The notes: generated by a model from the sequence alone, not told the origin. DNA of 63,242 bases, filler included, from Sphacelaria rigidula (GCA_964200075.2; 11 parts of 11 records of this genome joined end to end with filler, not necessarily neighbours in it); one strand, 5' to 3'. Shown: positions 13,160 through 26,329, counted from the whole stretch's first letter. Numbers and translations: made by a program.

Positions 13160-13307
13160 CTACGTAAAGGATGGTTTCCGTTTTGGGGGGCAGACTTTTC
13201 TCCACCTCTGCCTTGAGGCGACGAAGCATGAAGGGTCTGAGGATCTTGTGCAGCTGGTGGATGATGTTCTCTTTAGCCTCCTTATCATCGATCTCCAGGT
13301 TAAACCA
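13160..13307 (-). CDS. ISWI: ISWI-subfamily ATPase, next exon
   Basis: WFNLEIDDKEAKENIIHQLHKILRPFMLRRLKAEVEKSLPPKTETILYV(G). Phase-0 CAG acceptor. The exon ends at either 13164 (GT donor) or 13160 (GC donor). Confidence 0.9.
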
Positions 13308-13380
13308 CTGGATTATTTTGACGCACGCACGCACGATGTGAGAAAAAAAAAGTAATAAAGAGAAGAGTGATGACGAAGAC

Positions 13381-13381
13381 C

Positions 13382-13426
<45 letters not shown>
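13381..13426 (+). repeat. (CAA)n microsatellite; further simple repeats at 12920-13125 and 15585-15637 ((ATC)n)
   Basis: Directly visible, intronic. Confidence 0.95.
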
Positions 13427-13427
<1 letters not shown>

Positions 13428-15463
13428 CGGGAGGCGAAGAAAAACTTCAGCAGGCACAATCCGAACGCAAAATAGGCACGCACTTTCAAAATTGAAGAAA
13501 GCCTGTTGTCGTTCATTCTCTGGATCAGAGAAGTCAAAGTAGAACACACACACACACCACCACCATGTACACAAGTATGAGTCGTTTGTTATAGAGTATA
13601 TGTGTACGCGTGCATGTGCATGTGCACTGTCCAAAGCACAAAAATGGCAAAGAAGGAGATAAAACAAAATGAATGCCCAGATAGATCGAAGCCAGGAAAA
13701 TATAGTGGTTCAGACTCCGCAAGAATAATATGCACAACAAATGTAAAACGAACGAACAGAGTAATAGCAGAACCCCGATAACGACAGTCATGGTTATATC
13801 ATGTCATGAGACCGCGAGTAAACAAAACACTCCATGATAGTGGGTGACGGAGTGCTCATCAAATGCTCCATGATATGTTGCAACGTAGGTACTGAAGGCG
13901 AGAGAGTGAATACCTGAATACTACCTGAATACTGCTGACTAATCCCGAGAATATGAGGTGGACCCATGATCTTGCATGCTATACTCATATGAACATTGAC
14001 CTGGCATCTCTACAAAGCCGGGTTTTCGCCGGACCAGGCTCGCAATCGATCACCAAGCGCGAAGCGTCGTGATGTGTTCGGCGAGTCGCATGAAGGGTGA
14101 GTTGCGTCCTGCTAAGATTGTTCGCCCTAAAGAGTACTGATTATCTTGCATATGGACAACAGCCTACAACGAGCTGCTTCATTTCCTGGTATTGCCACTT
14201 CCAGAGACAGAGACGGATACCCACTGCCTCATGGGTGTCTCACCGTGGCGGGGAGGAGGAAAGGGTACTCATTCGTTGCTCGCCTCAGGCACTTGACCAT
14301 TTACCACGCATCCCTTTCGGGACGGAACATCACTCCTACTCCTAATCGAGCACGTCCAACAGTTGGGCGCCCATTACGTGTTTTTCTCCTCGTACATTAC
14401 ACAAGAACTCTTTACTCATTTTCTCGTCTTCATGCCCTGCCGTCTGTGGCCACCATCTATCCTGTATCTCGCTACTATCTAGTGCACCAAACAGTTTTCC
14501 GAGGGGCGGGAGAGGGGATTTAAGCATGATGAGGGGGAAAAACTAGACGAAAACAACATCGTGAGAGGGATACAAGGCTACCAATCCTGGTCAAAATTGA
14601 AACTAGCGGCCAAATATCAACCGCAGGACACTACTCGAACTCAAACTCCCCCAGAACTTCGCCAATTTGGCCCTTTCGCATGCTGTCGCATTCCGTGCGT
14701 TTTCTTTGCAATTTTCTCGAAAGAACCCCCCCCCCCCCCCCCCGAGTTTTCCTTTACAAAATTATCCGTTGATATTCCCCACTGTAGTCAGTATCCATTT
14801 CCACAGAGGCCGCCCTGCACATCAAGGCGGTCGGTCAACGGTATAAGCAGACGGCCAAGTTGATCTGCTTACGCCAAGTTAGTCTGCCTTGGAGCCGTTG
14901 TCAACACAGATGCGAAAATATCCAAACATCGGATGGCTCATGAGCTACCTAGAAAAACTTATCGAAGAGGATTCTCAGCTCCGTCGTCCAAAAACACAAA
15001 ACGCGTGACAGCGGGGTCCGAGAAGCCAAAGCGATAACTTTGCGATACTCCGCGTGCCCTGCGCCCAGCTCCGTACGCAGCAAAATACGAAGAAAAAGGG
15101 GGCAAATGAAAAAGCTAGCTCTTGACCCGAATAAGTACATCAGCCGCAATCTCTTCCCACGACCTTTTGTTTTCTACGATTGGGTATGCGTGTAGAGCCT
15201 GTGCAAGACCTCTTCCACCGAAGCAATGTGGCAGAAGCCGGCCACTTCTGGTTTTGGTTTCTCCCTGTCGTTTTCTTCTACTTCTTTGTTTTCCATTATA
15301 TACTGTATTTCCCACCTTTTTTGTCCTTCTTTACTTTTCTTCAACGAGTGCTTCGGTTTTGTTTCGTCTCGGGTACGTATATCCTGTGGAGAATGACCAC
15401 GGCTGGATCCTTGCGGGATCCGATAAATTGCGACAATGAAAAAATAATTTTAAAAAAGGTTAC

Positions 15464-15541
15464 CTGATCGAATTGCTCCGAAGAACTGAACACGTCGGGC
15501 AGGAGGAAGTTGAGGAGGGCCCACAGTTCGTGCAGGTTATT
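15464..15541 (-). CDS. ISWI: ISWI-subfamily SNF2 chromatin-remodeling ATPase, exon
   Basis: [26 protein letters not shown] (SNF2_N, just after motif III). CAG acceptor; CAG|GTAACC donor; 78 nt. Confidence 0.9.
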
Positions 15542-18500
15542 CTGAAAAACAATCGCAATGAAAGAAACACAGCAGTAGACAACAGCATCATCATAACCAT
15601 CATCATCATCATCATTATCATCATCATCATCATCATCAAAAAGTCGTCATGCACACAGGCTCTGTATGCGAATGATTGGTGGGATGGCCAGGCAACCAGC
15701 CGACGGTGAAAAAATCACATGAAATTTACGTCGCATTTTCACATTTTGGCGTGGAAAAAAAATCAAATGGATGCGGTTGTACGGGGTGACAAAGTTGCTT
15801 CTCCATCATTGCACAACAATAGCATAGTATATCTTGATCTATATGGAGCAAAAACATTCGTTCAGTGCAGACTGAAATCCATATTATTGATCTGTAGAAC
15901 CCTAGATTATGACCTGTACAGTCGCCTGTGTTCTCACTAGTTGAGTATAATTGAAAAAAAAAACTTGCACTCCGGACAGGCTGGGCTAGCCTAAAAACGG
16001 ATTTAAGCTCTAAAAGCAATATCTCAACGACACAGACGAATTGGGCCGTGGTCCGCATATCGTATTAATCGTCTGATCAAGGGGAAGGTGCCCATCTGCT
16101 CAAAAATCTGAGCCAATATTTCCTCGTCGAGTAAACCCCATGTATAGTAATTCGTATACCTAGCGGAGATAGCGTCCACATTAAAACCTATATGAAACCC
16201 CGAACGATCGATCAAGCGGATGATGACGATTTTTGGTGTGTACCTTCCCTGAAACACGGGGAGACGATAGATACCCTCACTTTCATCTCATTCGTTATCT
16301 ATCTCGAGAAATGGCGCACATAAGGTTCGATACTAAAATCAGTATATTACGAGCAGAGGCACTAGATGACCTAAATCTGGATATCGCGTCTCAGTTTTTG
16401 AGAGTTGTGCTATGAAATTTGGTATGGAGAACCGCTGGTGCATAACGAAAAGAAACACAGCTTTTCCGGGGGGGGGATTCGTGTTTTTTTCATTTTTTTT
16501 CGTGTTTTTAGGGGGGTTTTGAGGAGAAATGAACATTGCTCTTGGGTCTTAACTCAATTTTTTTGCTCAATTTTGAGAATTGTGATTTGAAACTTGGCAT
16601 GGAGAACGACAGAGGTATGCTGAGTAAAAAAAAAAATGGGCCTTCATTTTTTTTCTTCATGAGAGGTTCGGGCGTTTCCGTAAATAAATCATCGTTACCA
16701 TACTAAAATGCCCTCAATCAGTTATAAAATAAAATAAAAACCCAACCTCACCCATTTTCTTGGTTCATCACAACCTAGCAAGGTCCCACACAAAGTTTCA
16801 ACCCACAAACACCAAACGTGGGCCGATAAACGGCCTGCAAAATACTGTTCCGAATTTTCACCGCCTCGGTTTTTCAAATGTAAAATCGCAATCTTTTTCT
16901 TGGAGTTGGAAAGTGAAATTTGGTATGGACAATCAACAGTGCGTGAAAAAAAGCTGTCTGTGATGTCCCAATGTTTTTTTTTCCCGTGAATTAAGGGTAA
17001 AAATCAGTTTTGAGGTTTTAGTAAAATGCCCCTAACTAAAAAAAAAAAAAAAAATCGTTGGGACCTCACAGACAGCTTTTCTTCATGCCCTGTTGTCCAT
17101 ACCAAATTTCATTTTCCAACTCCAAGAAAAAAATTGCGAATTCGCCTGCAAAGTACAAATCCACTTGTAGGCTGGCCNNNNNNNNNNNNNNNNNNNNNNN
17201 NNNNNNNNNNNNNNNNNNNNNTTAATTAATTAANNNNNNNNNNNNNNNNNNNNNNNNNNNNNNNNNNNNNNNNNNNNGATTCATTCATCAGTAGTCAACT
17301 TATTATACTAAAATCAAGTAATATCCTGACGAATCATCATTTTTCCTAAGCGTGAAATGTTTGCTGGGATGAGTGGTGGCACGTGCAAACACACTGTAGT
17401 ATGCCCGATGACGAGAAAACTACGAAAACATGTTATTTCAGATGTTAACTACTGTAGTCATGTAAGCGTGAAAAAGGGTGTTGAATGAATTGCGACTTCG
17501 TTAGCCATCACGTGTGCGCATCCCCAGGTAGAATATATAGAAGCAAGAACGAAACCATGGGAGGCTGCGTTCACCATAGCTTCAATGCACCAAGGAAAAC
17601 AGACAACAGCAACTGGAACCGAAAATAGCGAACACCATCTGCGAGATATTGACGTTGCCTGGCTCACCACACCACACCGAACACGACATCAGACTCTTCT
17701 ACTATCACACAATACCACGTCCCGTAATTTTGCACGGTCTCTAAACTGAGCCGAACGCCGTGGAAACAGTTTCCTAAAGAGCGGACGAAGGCTATCGCGC
17801 TGAAACACGTTTTCGTGGGATCGCGGGTAGAGCCCTGATTGATAGTGGATTTCATCACTCGCTTCAACTCCACCAATTTGTCATTCTGTGTGAGCCTTTC
17901 CTTGCGTGCAACACTGGCGTGTACTTACAGCTACACGTCGATATTCTACTCAGGGATATTCAAGGCTTCAGTGGCAAGCTGATACAGAAACCGTATCGGG
18001 CCTCGTGGAGGGGACATTTGGGAACTAAAACGATTCATTAATTACTTGACCGCTTCTCACTCTCAATCGTACCCTCTTCTCTCCATCACACGAGAACACT
18101 GTTTCAACCAGGTGCAAACCAGATTCTCCACCACGTCGCCAGCTGTTTCCCCTTGCACGTTGGCAGTTTTCTTCACGCATTTGTTTTCCTTTTCACTCGA
18201 TACTTCATTACTCTTTGCTGAGATCCGTGGTCAGATACGAGGGCAAAACACGCGCACGCACTATTACCGAACAAGCGCTTCCGAATCCGCTCCTTCTGAT
18301 TCAAGAACACCCGTCTGTAAAACGTGTTTCCGGGTGATTCATTCAACGTTGCTCGAGCAGTTTCTATGGGACGTTTCCGAGAGAGAAAATGTCTCCGAAC
18401 GGGGATGGCCCCCAATACATGTATTTCGCCCCCATTTCGTTGAAGGACACGCCCGTTATCGGAGAGATCAAAATTGTCGACCCAGAGGATCACAAGAACG

Positions 18501-19505
18501 GCCCCATCAAGCATGGTGCGGCCGGCTGTGCAGACGGTACACACACAAACATACGGCGGCTCACGTCGAGAACAGACAGCACAGTGTACAGTGCAGCAAC
18601 GTTACATTGCAGCCGGTGCCGCTGTGTAACTTCACATCCAGTACCCACAGGTGTGGCACATAGTTGTTCAAGCATGCGGCACAACGGCAGCAGCATACTG
18701 TGGGGTATGTGCAGTGCTGCCGTGCAGATGGGGCAGTGTAGAACATAGCTACAGACAACCGACAGTCAGCGGTCGCTTTTTCGCACACCAAGTTGTCAAT
18801 TTTAAGTATCACGGTGGGCGGGCGTACGCGCCAATTTGTTTTCAGAGGTTTACAAAACGGTTCCGAAAACTGCCGTTCTTGGACGACTGTCACTGGGCGA
18901 TCTTTTGATTTGCCGTCGCATTACAGAAAGCGGCCTCAACAACAAGGACTTTGAAGAAAACATATATGATTACTCGGGGAAATCGAGCCATTTTTACATG
19001 GAGCCACACATAGTACAATTGCCGCGGGTTCTCAGGGTGAGTTCATCGTGGGGCACGGATTTTTTTTCAAGTAATGCACTGTTTGGTATGTGTTCTTCAC
19101 GGCACGGTATCACGTGGTCCGCATAATCTGTTTCACGATACGGCACGGCAGGGCGCGACACGGCAACAGAGATCGGCGATGCGGTTCCAATTGTGAACAA
19201 GATAATAGTGTTAGATTTGCATATTTGTGCGTGAACCACGCAAACTTTCAGTATACTGTGGGACACATTCCGGGCAAAGAAGGCTTGGCTCGGTTCGTAT
19301 CATCTCGCTTGAACTTTCACTCCAAGACTCACTTCAGCCATGGGGAAATACTTACACCACCTTTACTCCGGAGTATTTATTTGTCGTAAAATCTGTTATG
19401 CCGAGTTGTGCCGTTTGTGTCATTACGTTGGTGTTCGCGTGTTTCTACAGCTGTTTCTGGAGGTCCGTCTTCACGGTTACATTTGTTCTCCCCCTGTTGT
19501 TCACG

Positions 19506-19586
19506 GTGCTCCGTCTCGAAAGGGATGCGTGGTCAATGGTCAAATGACTAAGGCAAGCAACAAATGAGTACGCCCCCCCCCCCCCC
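19506..19586 (+). mobile_element. Poly(C)-terminated element, subfamily B, with 16-bp TSD; other copies ~9900-10035(-), 11611-11680(-), 14265-14372(-), 22820-22903(+), 23259-23330(+), 28630-28690(-), 38830-38950(+), 42506-42578(+), 49380-49466(+)
   Basis: Core GTGCTCCGTCTCGAAAGGGATGCGTGGTCAATGGTCAAATGACTAAGGCAAGCAACAAATGAGTACG followed by Cn. CCCCCTGTTGTTCACG is duplicated at 19490-19505 and 19582-19597. Confidence 0.88.
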
Positions 19587-20465
19587 TGTTGTTCACGCCT
19601 GCCCCTTCCTTTTCAAGGTAACAGCTTCCGTGTGCGTGTTCCCCAAAGCAGCTCAACTCACCATAGTGTGTTGTCGATTCCTGCTCGTGAATTGATTCAA
19701 TGTTCGCTTCGTTCTCGATATTTTACGATACGTCTCCTTCTTTAGCACACCCGTTTCGTCTTAATCTAAATGAGTCTTGAGAACGGCCAAATACTGTTGG
19801 ATTCTTTTTTTTCTTGTAACGGATCACATCTACCACGGCGTATTACTGCACTGCCAACTCTGCGCATTCATCTTCGAGACACGTTGCTTTGCCCTGAGCG
19901 TCACTCCAGCTTTACCCCAGAAATGGTACGCGCCGATTTCCTCCATTTTCACGATGTGTCACAACTTACGGGAACTCCACCTCTGAACAAATACGGCACG
20001 CTATGGTATTGTCATCCGAAGCGACGAAGACACGAGCAGGTGGTTCGTGCCTTGCATATGCACACAAAAAACTGCCCCCCCAGAGCAGAGTGAGTGCCGA
20101 TAACACCAAGCCCTGTGCTTCTAAACTGCATCACGCGGGAATTGGACGCACGGACCACAGCTATTCGAGTCCCTGGAGATTCACACTTCCGCACGACCAC
20201 CGCATGGCCCGTCGATAATCCCCGTCATGTGTCACGCCAATGGCTTGTGCCACAGAATGTCGGTTGGCGAAAGTATGTGAAGGAGTCCTTGGTGCTATAT
20301 CGAGGTGACGCATCAGAGTTTTTCCAAGCCCAATGATCAGCGAGCTCCTTTGCGTTCATCCCGCCCTGTCAATGCGTCTCAGGTATCAGCGCTTATACGC
20401 TTCAGGCAAGGGGGGGATTAACGGAGTAAGACAATTTTCCGAGAGGGGTGCATTTCCACGACTCT

Positions 20466-22148
20466 CACCACCAGCTGGACCAGCCTAAAAACGGATTTAT
20501 GCTCTCAAAGCACAATCTCATCGACATGGACGACTAGGGCCACAATCCGCATATCGTACTAATCGTCTGATCAAAGGGAATGTGCCCATCTGCTGAAAAA
20601 TCTGGGCCAATTTTTTCTCGTTGATTAAACCCCATGTCTAGTGATTCCTGAACCGTACGGAGATAGCGTCCACACAAAAATCTATATGAAACCCCGATCG
20701 ATGCATTCAGCGGATGACGACGATATTTGATGTGGATCTTCCCCTCAGCACGGAGAGAAGATAAATACCCGCGCCTTCACCCAATTCGTCATCTATCTCG
20801 ACATGTGGAGCACATCATATTTCATACTAGAATCAACATATTACGAGCAGATGCACTAGATGCCCTAAATCTGGATATCGCGTCTCAGATTTCGAGAGTT
20901 ATGCTAGAAAATTTGGCACGGAGAACCGCTGGTGGATTTTGATTTTTGATTTTTTTATATTTTATCTTTATTTCGTTGTTTTTTTCATTTTTTTCCGTGG
21001 TGTTATGGGAGTTTCGAGGAGGAATGAACATTGCTCTCAGGCCTTAGCTCAATGTCTTGGCTCAATTTTTAGAATTGGGATTGGAAACGTAGCGTGGAGA
21101 ACGCCCGAACCTTTCCCGCGAGAACAGAATGGGCCTTCATTTGTTTTGGGATAGGTTGGGGCGTTCTGGTAAAAATATGGCCGTTGCAATACTAGAGCGC
21201 CCTAAGCCAGTGGAAAAAAATAATACTCGTATGAAACAAAATGACCCACCGAGTTTTGTTGAGTATGCCCCAGCGAGGGCGCACACAAAATTTCAACACA
21301 CAAAAACCAAACGTGGGCTGGTGAGTGGCCTGCGAAATACTGTTCTGAATTTCTATCGATCCGGTTTTTGAAAGGCGAATGCGCCGGCCAATATTTAGAT
21401 CCGGAGCGTATAGATTTGTATTGACAATGCATAGGGCATAAAACAATATTCAAAAAGCACCAGATTTTTTTTTTTTCCCGTGAGTTAAGGGCAATACTCA
21501 GTTTTCAGGTATCAGTAAAATGCCCTTAGGCTACTCCTCGTCTATAACGAAATAAATCTTGTTGAAAAGCGCATTTTTTACCCTTTCCCGGCGTTTCCCC
21601 CCAGAAAAGAGGGCTAGGCGGATGTTGACACCTTGGAATGGCTTGCTCTACTCGCTGAGGCCGTTTCAGAGCATCTTTGCGTTTCCCGTAGGTCACGGTT
21701 CCGTCCTTGGCCAAAAGTGCATATCCAATAACAATCAAGTTACCAAAAAAGTGTCAGTTTTCCTGCTGTTTTTTATAGCTTGATCGTTTGTTATAAACAT
21801 GCAATCTTGGCCAAGGACGAAACTGTGACCTACGGGAAACGCAAAGGTGCTCTGGAAACGTCTCGGCGAGTAAAGGAAATCATTCCAAGGTGTCAACATC
21901 TGCCCAGTCCTCTTTTCGGGGGAAAAACGACGGGGATGGGCCAAAAATGCAGTTTCCAACAAGATTCATTTTTTGATACATGAGAAGTAACCTTAACACA
22001 CGAAAAAAACAACTTATGGTGCTTCTCTGGTATTTGTTTTATGGCTTATGCATTATCGATATCAAATTTTACGCTCCAACTCTAAATTTGGCCGGCGCAT
22101 TCGCCTGCAAACTTCCAATCCGCCTCTAGGCTGGCCAAACTCGTAGTT
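20466..22148. mobile_element. Non-autonomous CACTA/EnSpm-like DNA transposon (~1.7 kb) with a large internal palindrome; relatives at 15968-17177, 39623-40210 and 50581-51191
   Basis: Termini from several copies give the consensus CACTACGAGCTGGGCCAGCCTA...CGGATT, inverted at both ends. 20480-21370 aligns with 15985-16875. Confidence 0.7.
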
Positions 22149-23969
22149 TCAAGGTGTGTCTTGTTTCAGCAGGTGGTGACAGGCGCGACTGATGTAGGCA
22201 CAACTGGCCATCATGCCCGCCGGCTAGTTCCGTACGGCGTGTGTATTTGTGTTCACAATCGCCCTGCCACTGGCCACCGCCGCCACCCTAGTGTAGAGCA
22301 CCCTTTGCGTGCCCACACAAGATAAGGTGGTGTCTCCCAACAGCGTATGGCAGTACGCTGAAAACGTGATGGATCGGCGTGTACTGTCCTCCTCCACATC
22401 ACTATCCGCCTGGTGCAGGCTTTCGGCATCATCGTTCATTCTCTGAGGAATATCTCTCACATGAATTGAAGGTTCATCCAGCCTGTGTCACCTCCGATTC
22501 GAGGTGCACAAAGGAGAATGATCGCATGCCCATGATGTGTCACGCAAATCTCGGAGGGGGGGGGGGGGGGGGGGTTTTCACGGAAATGGGGGGGGGGGAA
22601 AACCGAGCTGCGGCAAGGAGGGAAAGGCAGCGGCCGAGACCCNNNNNNNNNNGTTCGGCCGCGGCGCGGGGGCGGCGGGGGGCGGGTCTTCCCGGAACGC
22701 GGGGGGGAGAGAAACCATGCTAGCGACCTCGACACTGTGGATTTCAATGCATCTTCGGACGTCGACACCCCTTTCTTTGCATCAGCGTTGCCGCCACGCT
22801 GCGAAAACACGTGCAATTATCCGTCTCGAAAGTGATGTGTAGTTAATGGTCAAACGACTAAGGCAAGGAACAAATGAGTATGCCCCCCCCCCCCCCCCCC
22901 CCCATGAAACCACAAATACGCCCCTCGCACTGTTCCNNNNNNNNNNNNNNNNNNNNNNNNNNNNNNNNNNNNNNNNNNNNTTAATTAATTAANNNNNNNN
23001 NNNNNNNNNNNNNNNNNNNNNNNNNNNNNNNNNNNNGGGTGATTTCACGAAATTCGGGGGCTCACAGGTGTATCAGACGACATAATTACTCGCGATGCGT
23101 TTGGGTTTGAGTGAAACCGGTGTCACGTGGTATAAATGAGTGTCTCTTATTGGTAACAAGCGCATTGGAACAAACGTTGATGCTTCCAACACCGGTGGGA
23201 TTTCGTGGGAAAAATGGCCCAACATACCCCCCCATGCCCCCCCCGCTGACGCGCGTAGCTCCGTCTCGAAAGAGATACGTAGTCAATGGTCAAATGGCGA
23301 AGGTGAGCAACAAGTGTATGACCCCCCCTTCCTCCCCCTCCCCTGTCGTAGCATCACTCACGTTCAAAACCTCCCCTTTGGGTGGGCTGCTTGTGTGGTC
23401 GTTCGATATCCTGTTCGCTGCCAAACATGTCAAAAGCTCGCTGACCCCTCGTCTTGAAGTTTCTTGCTGGGACCATGGGGCATCTCTCGTCTACAGCAAT
23501 CCCCCCGTTCTCTCTCGGCCCGTACACCGCTCGCTATATATACCAGGAAGAATGCTGGGAAACTGTTGAAAGCGTGACGAAACGATGGACGATCCTACCC
23601 AGCTCCCCCTGGAAACAAAAATGGGATACGTGAGTTTACTCTGAGTCTGCCAGTAGGGTATTCGCGACCCGGTATCCTGAGAACTTGAGCAATTGTAGTT
23701 ACTTTCATCTTGTATAGAATATGGATGCATATATGTGAAACCAATACGAGTGCGTATCGCAAATAGTGATCATCTGCCCCGTGCACAGTTGCGAACAGTT
23801 AACTTCCAAGTTTCGTCCTATCGGCCGCCCGCTTACCTAAAGGATACCTGTTGCTTCTACTTCAAGATCGTCGATGACACGATCAGAAGCTTGGATCACT
23901 TTCGAAGGAGCTTTACTGGGGCCTGACCCGTATCCAGCCCGATTTCGAGCGTAAAGATTATCTTCTCCG

Positions 23970-24143
23970 TCTACTATGTTTGTCTGTTTTACCTTCTCTG
24001 CTTTTCTTCACTTTTCTTCAGGGAGTGTTTCAGTTTTGGTTTGTCTTGGGTTCGTTTATCATGTGCATAATGACCACGACTGGATCATGACTCCTAGGGG
24101 ATCAGTTAAAGTGGATAATGACAATCAATCAGTCAATCAATCA
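23970..24143 (+). mobile_element. Non-LTR 3' end family with (AATC)n tail; copies ~15320-15440(+), 24615-24760(-), 42850-43115(+), 60180-60320(+), 61780-61880(-)
   Basis: Shared ...TCTCGGGTACGT.TA.C.TG...ATGACCACGGCTGGATC...GGATCAGTTAAAG, usually followed by caatcaatc repeats; 5' ends vary. Confidence 0.7.
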
Positions 24144-25908
24144 AAAATGGGCCATGATTCACCCCAAGTCGCGGCATACTCGAACAGCGTGTTCCATTTT
24201 TCGGACACTCGCTCTCGCCACACAGACATCTAACTCGACACAAATGACGGCGTTGTGTTGACGACCTCTCCGCCTCGCCGCCACAACAGACCGCATCTCT
24301 CGGATTGAAGCGCTACACTAAACCCGAACACAAACTGGATAGCCGAAAAACGGTCAAATGCTGTGTGTTGAGGAGGAATGGGTTAGATTACCCGCGGGTG
24401 CTGTCCAATTGTACCCAAGATTATACGCGAAAGGGAACAATACATTGCCGTGTCGAAGGCATCGAGAGGAAGACAGGAACATGACGAGTAAGTAGATATG
24501 CGTTTGATGCTCGGCGGGGCTTCGTGTGGCGAGATCAAAGCGCGACAGTACACTCGAAGCCAATCCGATGCGGCCATAAAAATGGCGAAGTCCTATGTTT
24601 TTTTTTCTTTTTGCCTTGATTGAATGCCGCGCTTTGACTGATCCTCGAGGTATCCAGCCGTAGGCATTATGCACACGGTAGACGTACCCGAGACAAGACT
24701 CAACTGAAACACTCGCTGAAGAAGAAGTGAAGAAAAAACAGAACGGATACAACCGACAAACAAGTGTTTCGGCGATAGAATTGACGCTTTGCTAGCGAGT
24801 GATGTTCCATCATAGCGTCATATTTGAAGAAATACTGAACAATAGGTCGTGCTGAAGATATGTACAGAGAGGCCAGGGTATGGCGAGGACGCAGATATAG
24901 ATATCATGCTCGAATCGGCCTTGTGTCACGAAAACACCGCACTACCGTCAATGGACGTGCGAAACCTCCGGCAAGTGGTGTGCACTCTATTGGCAAGTGA
25001 GAAGAGCATTTCCACTGATCTCCACCTGATCTTCATGGACTAACACGGCGGCGTCTGGGGTACCTTCGCTACTTGGCACCCTGATCGCCGTCGGTGATAG
25101 CTCGCGTCGTAGTTGATCGATTGGTGTGCTTTCAGCGCTGACAGCAAGCAACGTGAACCGTCTGCGCGCTACAGCAAATAAATTCACCGGGGGAATACGA
25201 CATCGCGGGATCGAAACACTGCGACAAACCCGAAAATGGCGGTTTTAAGGTGAAATTTCGTGGACGAAATGGCCCAAATCACCCCCCCATCCCCTATCGT
25301 AGCATCCCTCGATATTGTGCAAAATACTGGAGGCATAGCCATGTTGGAGGTATATTCAGAAAGTCCAGGACACGGTAAGTACACATATATACATATCGTG
25401 CTCAAATTGGCCGTGGGTCGCGAGAACGCTACGCTACCGTCAATCTGACGTTTCATAAACTGTGCGGCCGGCGCGCACTCGTAGAACACGTGATTGGGAT
25501 TTCCCGCTGATTCCAACGGGATCCTCATGGGCTGAAGCGGCGTTTGGGGTGTCTTCGCTCTACAGCTCTTTTATCCGCGGCCGACCATCTCTCGCGTCGT
25601 ATTTGGTCGATCGCGTCCTTTCAGCGCCATCGGCAAGCTGCATGAATACACCCCATACAGCAACAAACCATGTCTCTCGGGATGTACGCCGTCACGAGGT
25701 TGGAGTGTCACAGCAACGTCGCAGGTAACCCAATCCTCGTCCCTATCCTGTGCCACCTGGTTCAATGATAGAAGCACGGCACGCCGTTTCTGGCCGACAT
25801 TTCAAGCGGTAAGGTTGACGGTATTGCTTCGATTTCGCGACATGCAGCCCCACCGCACCCTTCCCATGAATCTATGTGCACACCGTGTCCTGGCCTTTTT
25901 TTACATAA

Positions 25909-26329
25909 CAGCCTGGATCCGCGTTTGAGGTTCAACGTTTGGGTGAGATTCAACTCGAAAACAGTGCTTTCCCTGACCTAAAGTCATGACCAATGAATTT
26001 CATATGGACGACCTCATGCCCCCCGACCTCCTTGAAACTATTTTTGGGAGTTGCCCGTCTTCCATGCACCCAAAGCGTATATGCGAAAGCACCAATTTCG
26101 GGCTTAAAACGTCCCTTCCTTCGCCCCAATATCGAGGCAAAAAGGTGCTTTCGCACATACGCTTTGGGGGCACGGAAAACGGGCAACTCCCAAAAATAGT
26201 TTCAAGGAGGTCGGGGGGCATGAGGTCGTCCATATAAATTTCATGAATCATGACTTCAGGTCGGGGAAAGCACTGTTTTCGAGTTTGGACCCCACCCAAA
26301 TATCGAACCTCAAAAACGGATCCAGGCTG
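25909..26329. mobile_element. Almost fully palindromic MITE (421 bp), probably hAT-type; fragment at ~56655-56780
   Basis: TIR CAGCCTGGATCCG.../...CGGATCCAGGCTG with arms of about 185 bp. Flanks are TTACATAA / TTACATAT (8-bp TSD with 1 mismatch, or a perfect 6-bp TACATA). Confidence 0.85.
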
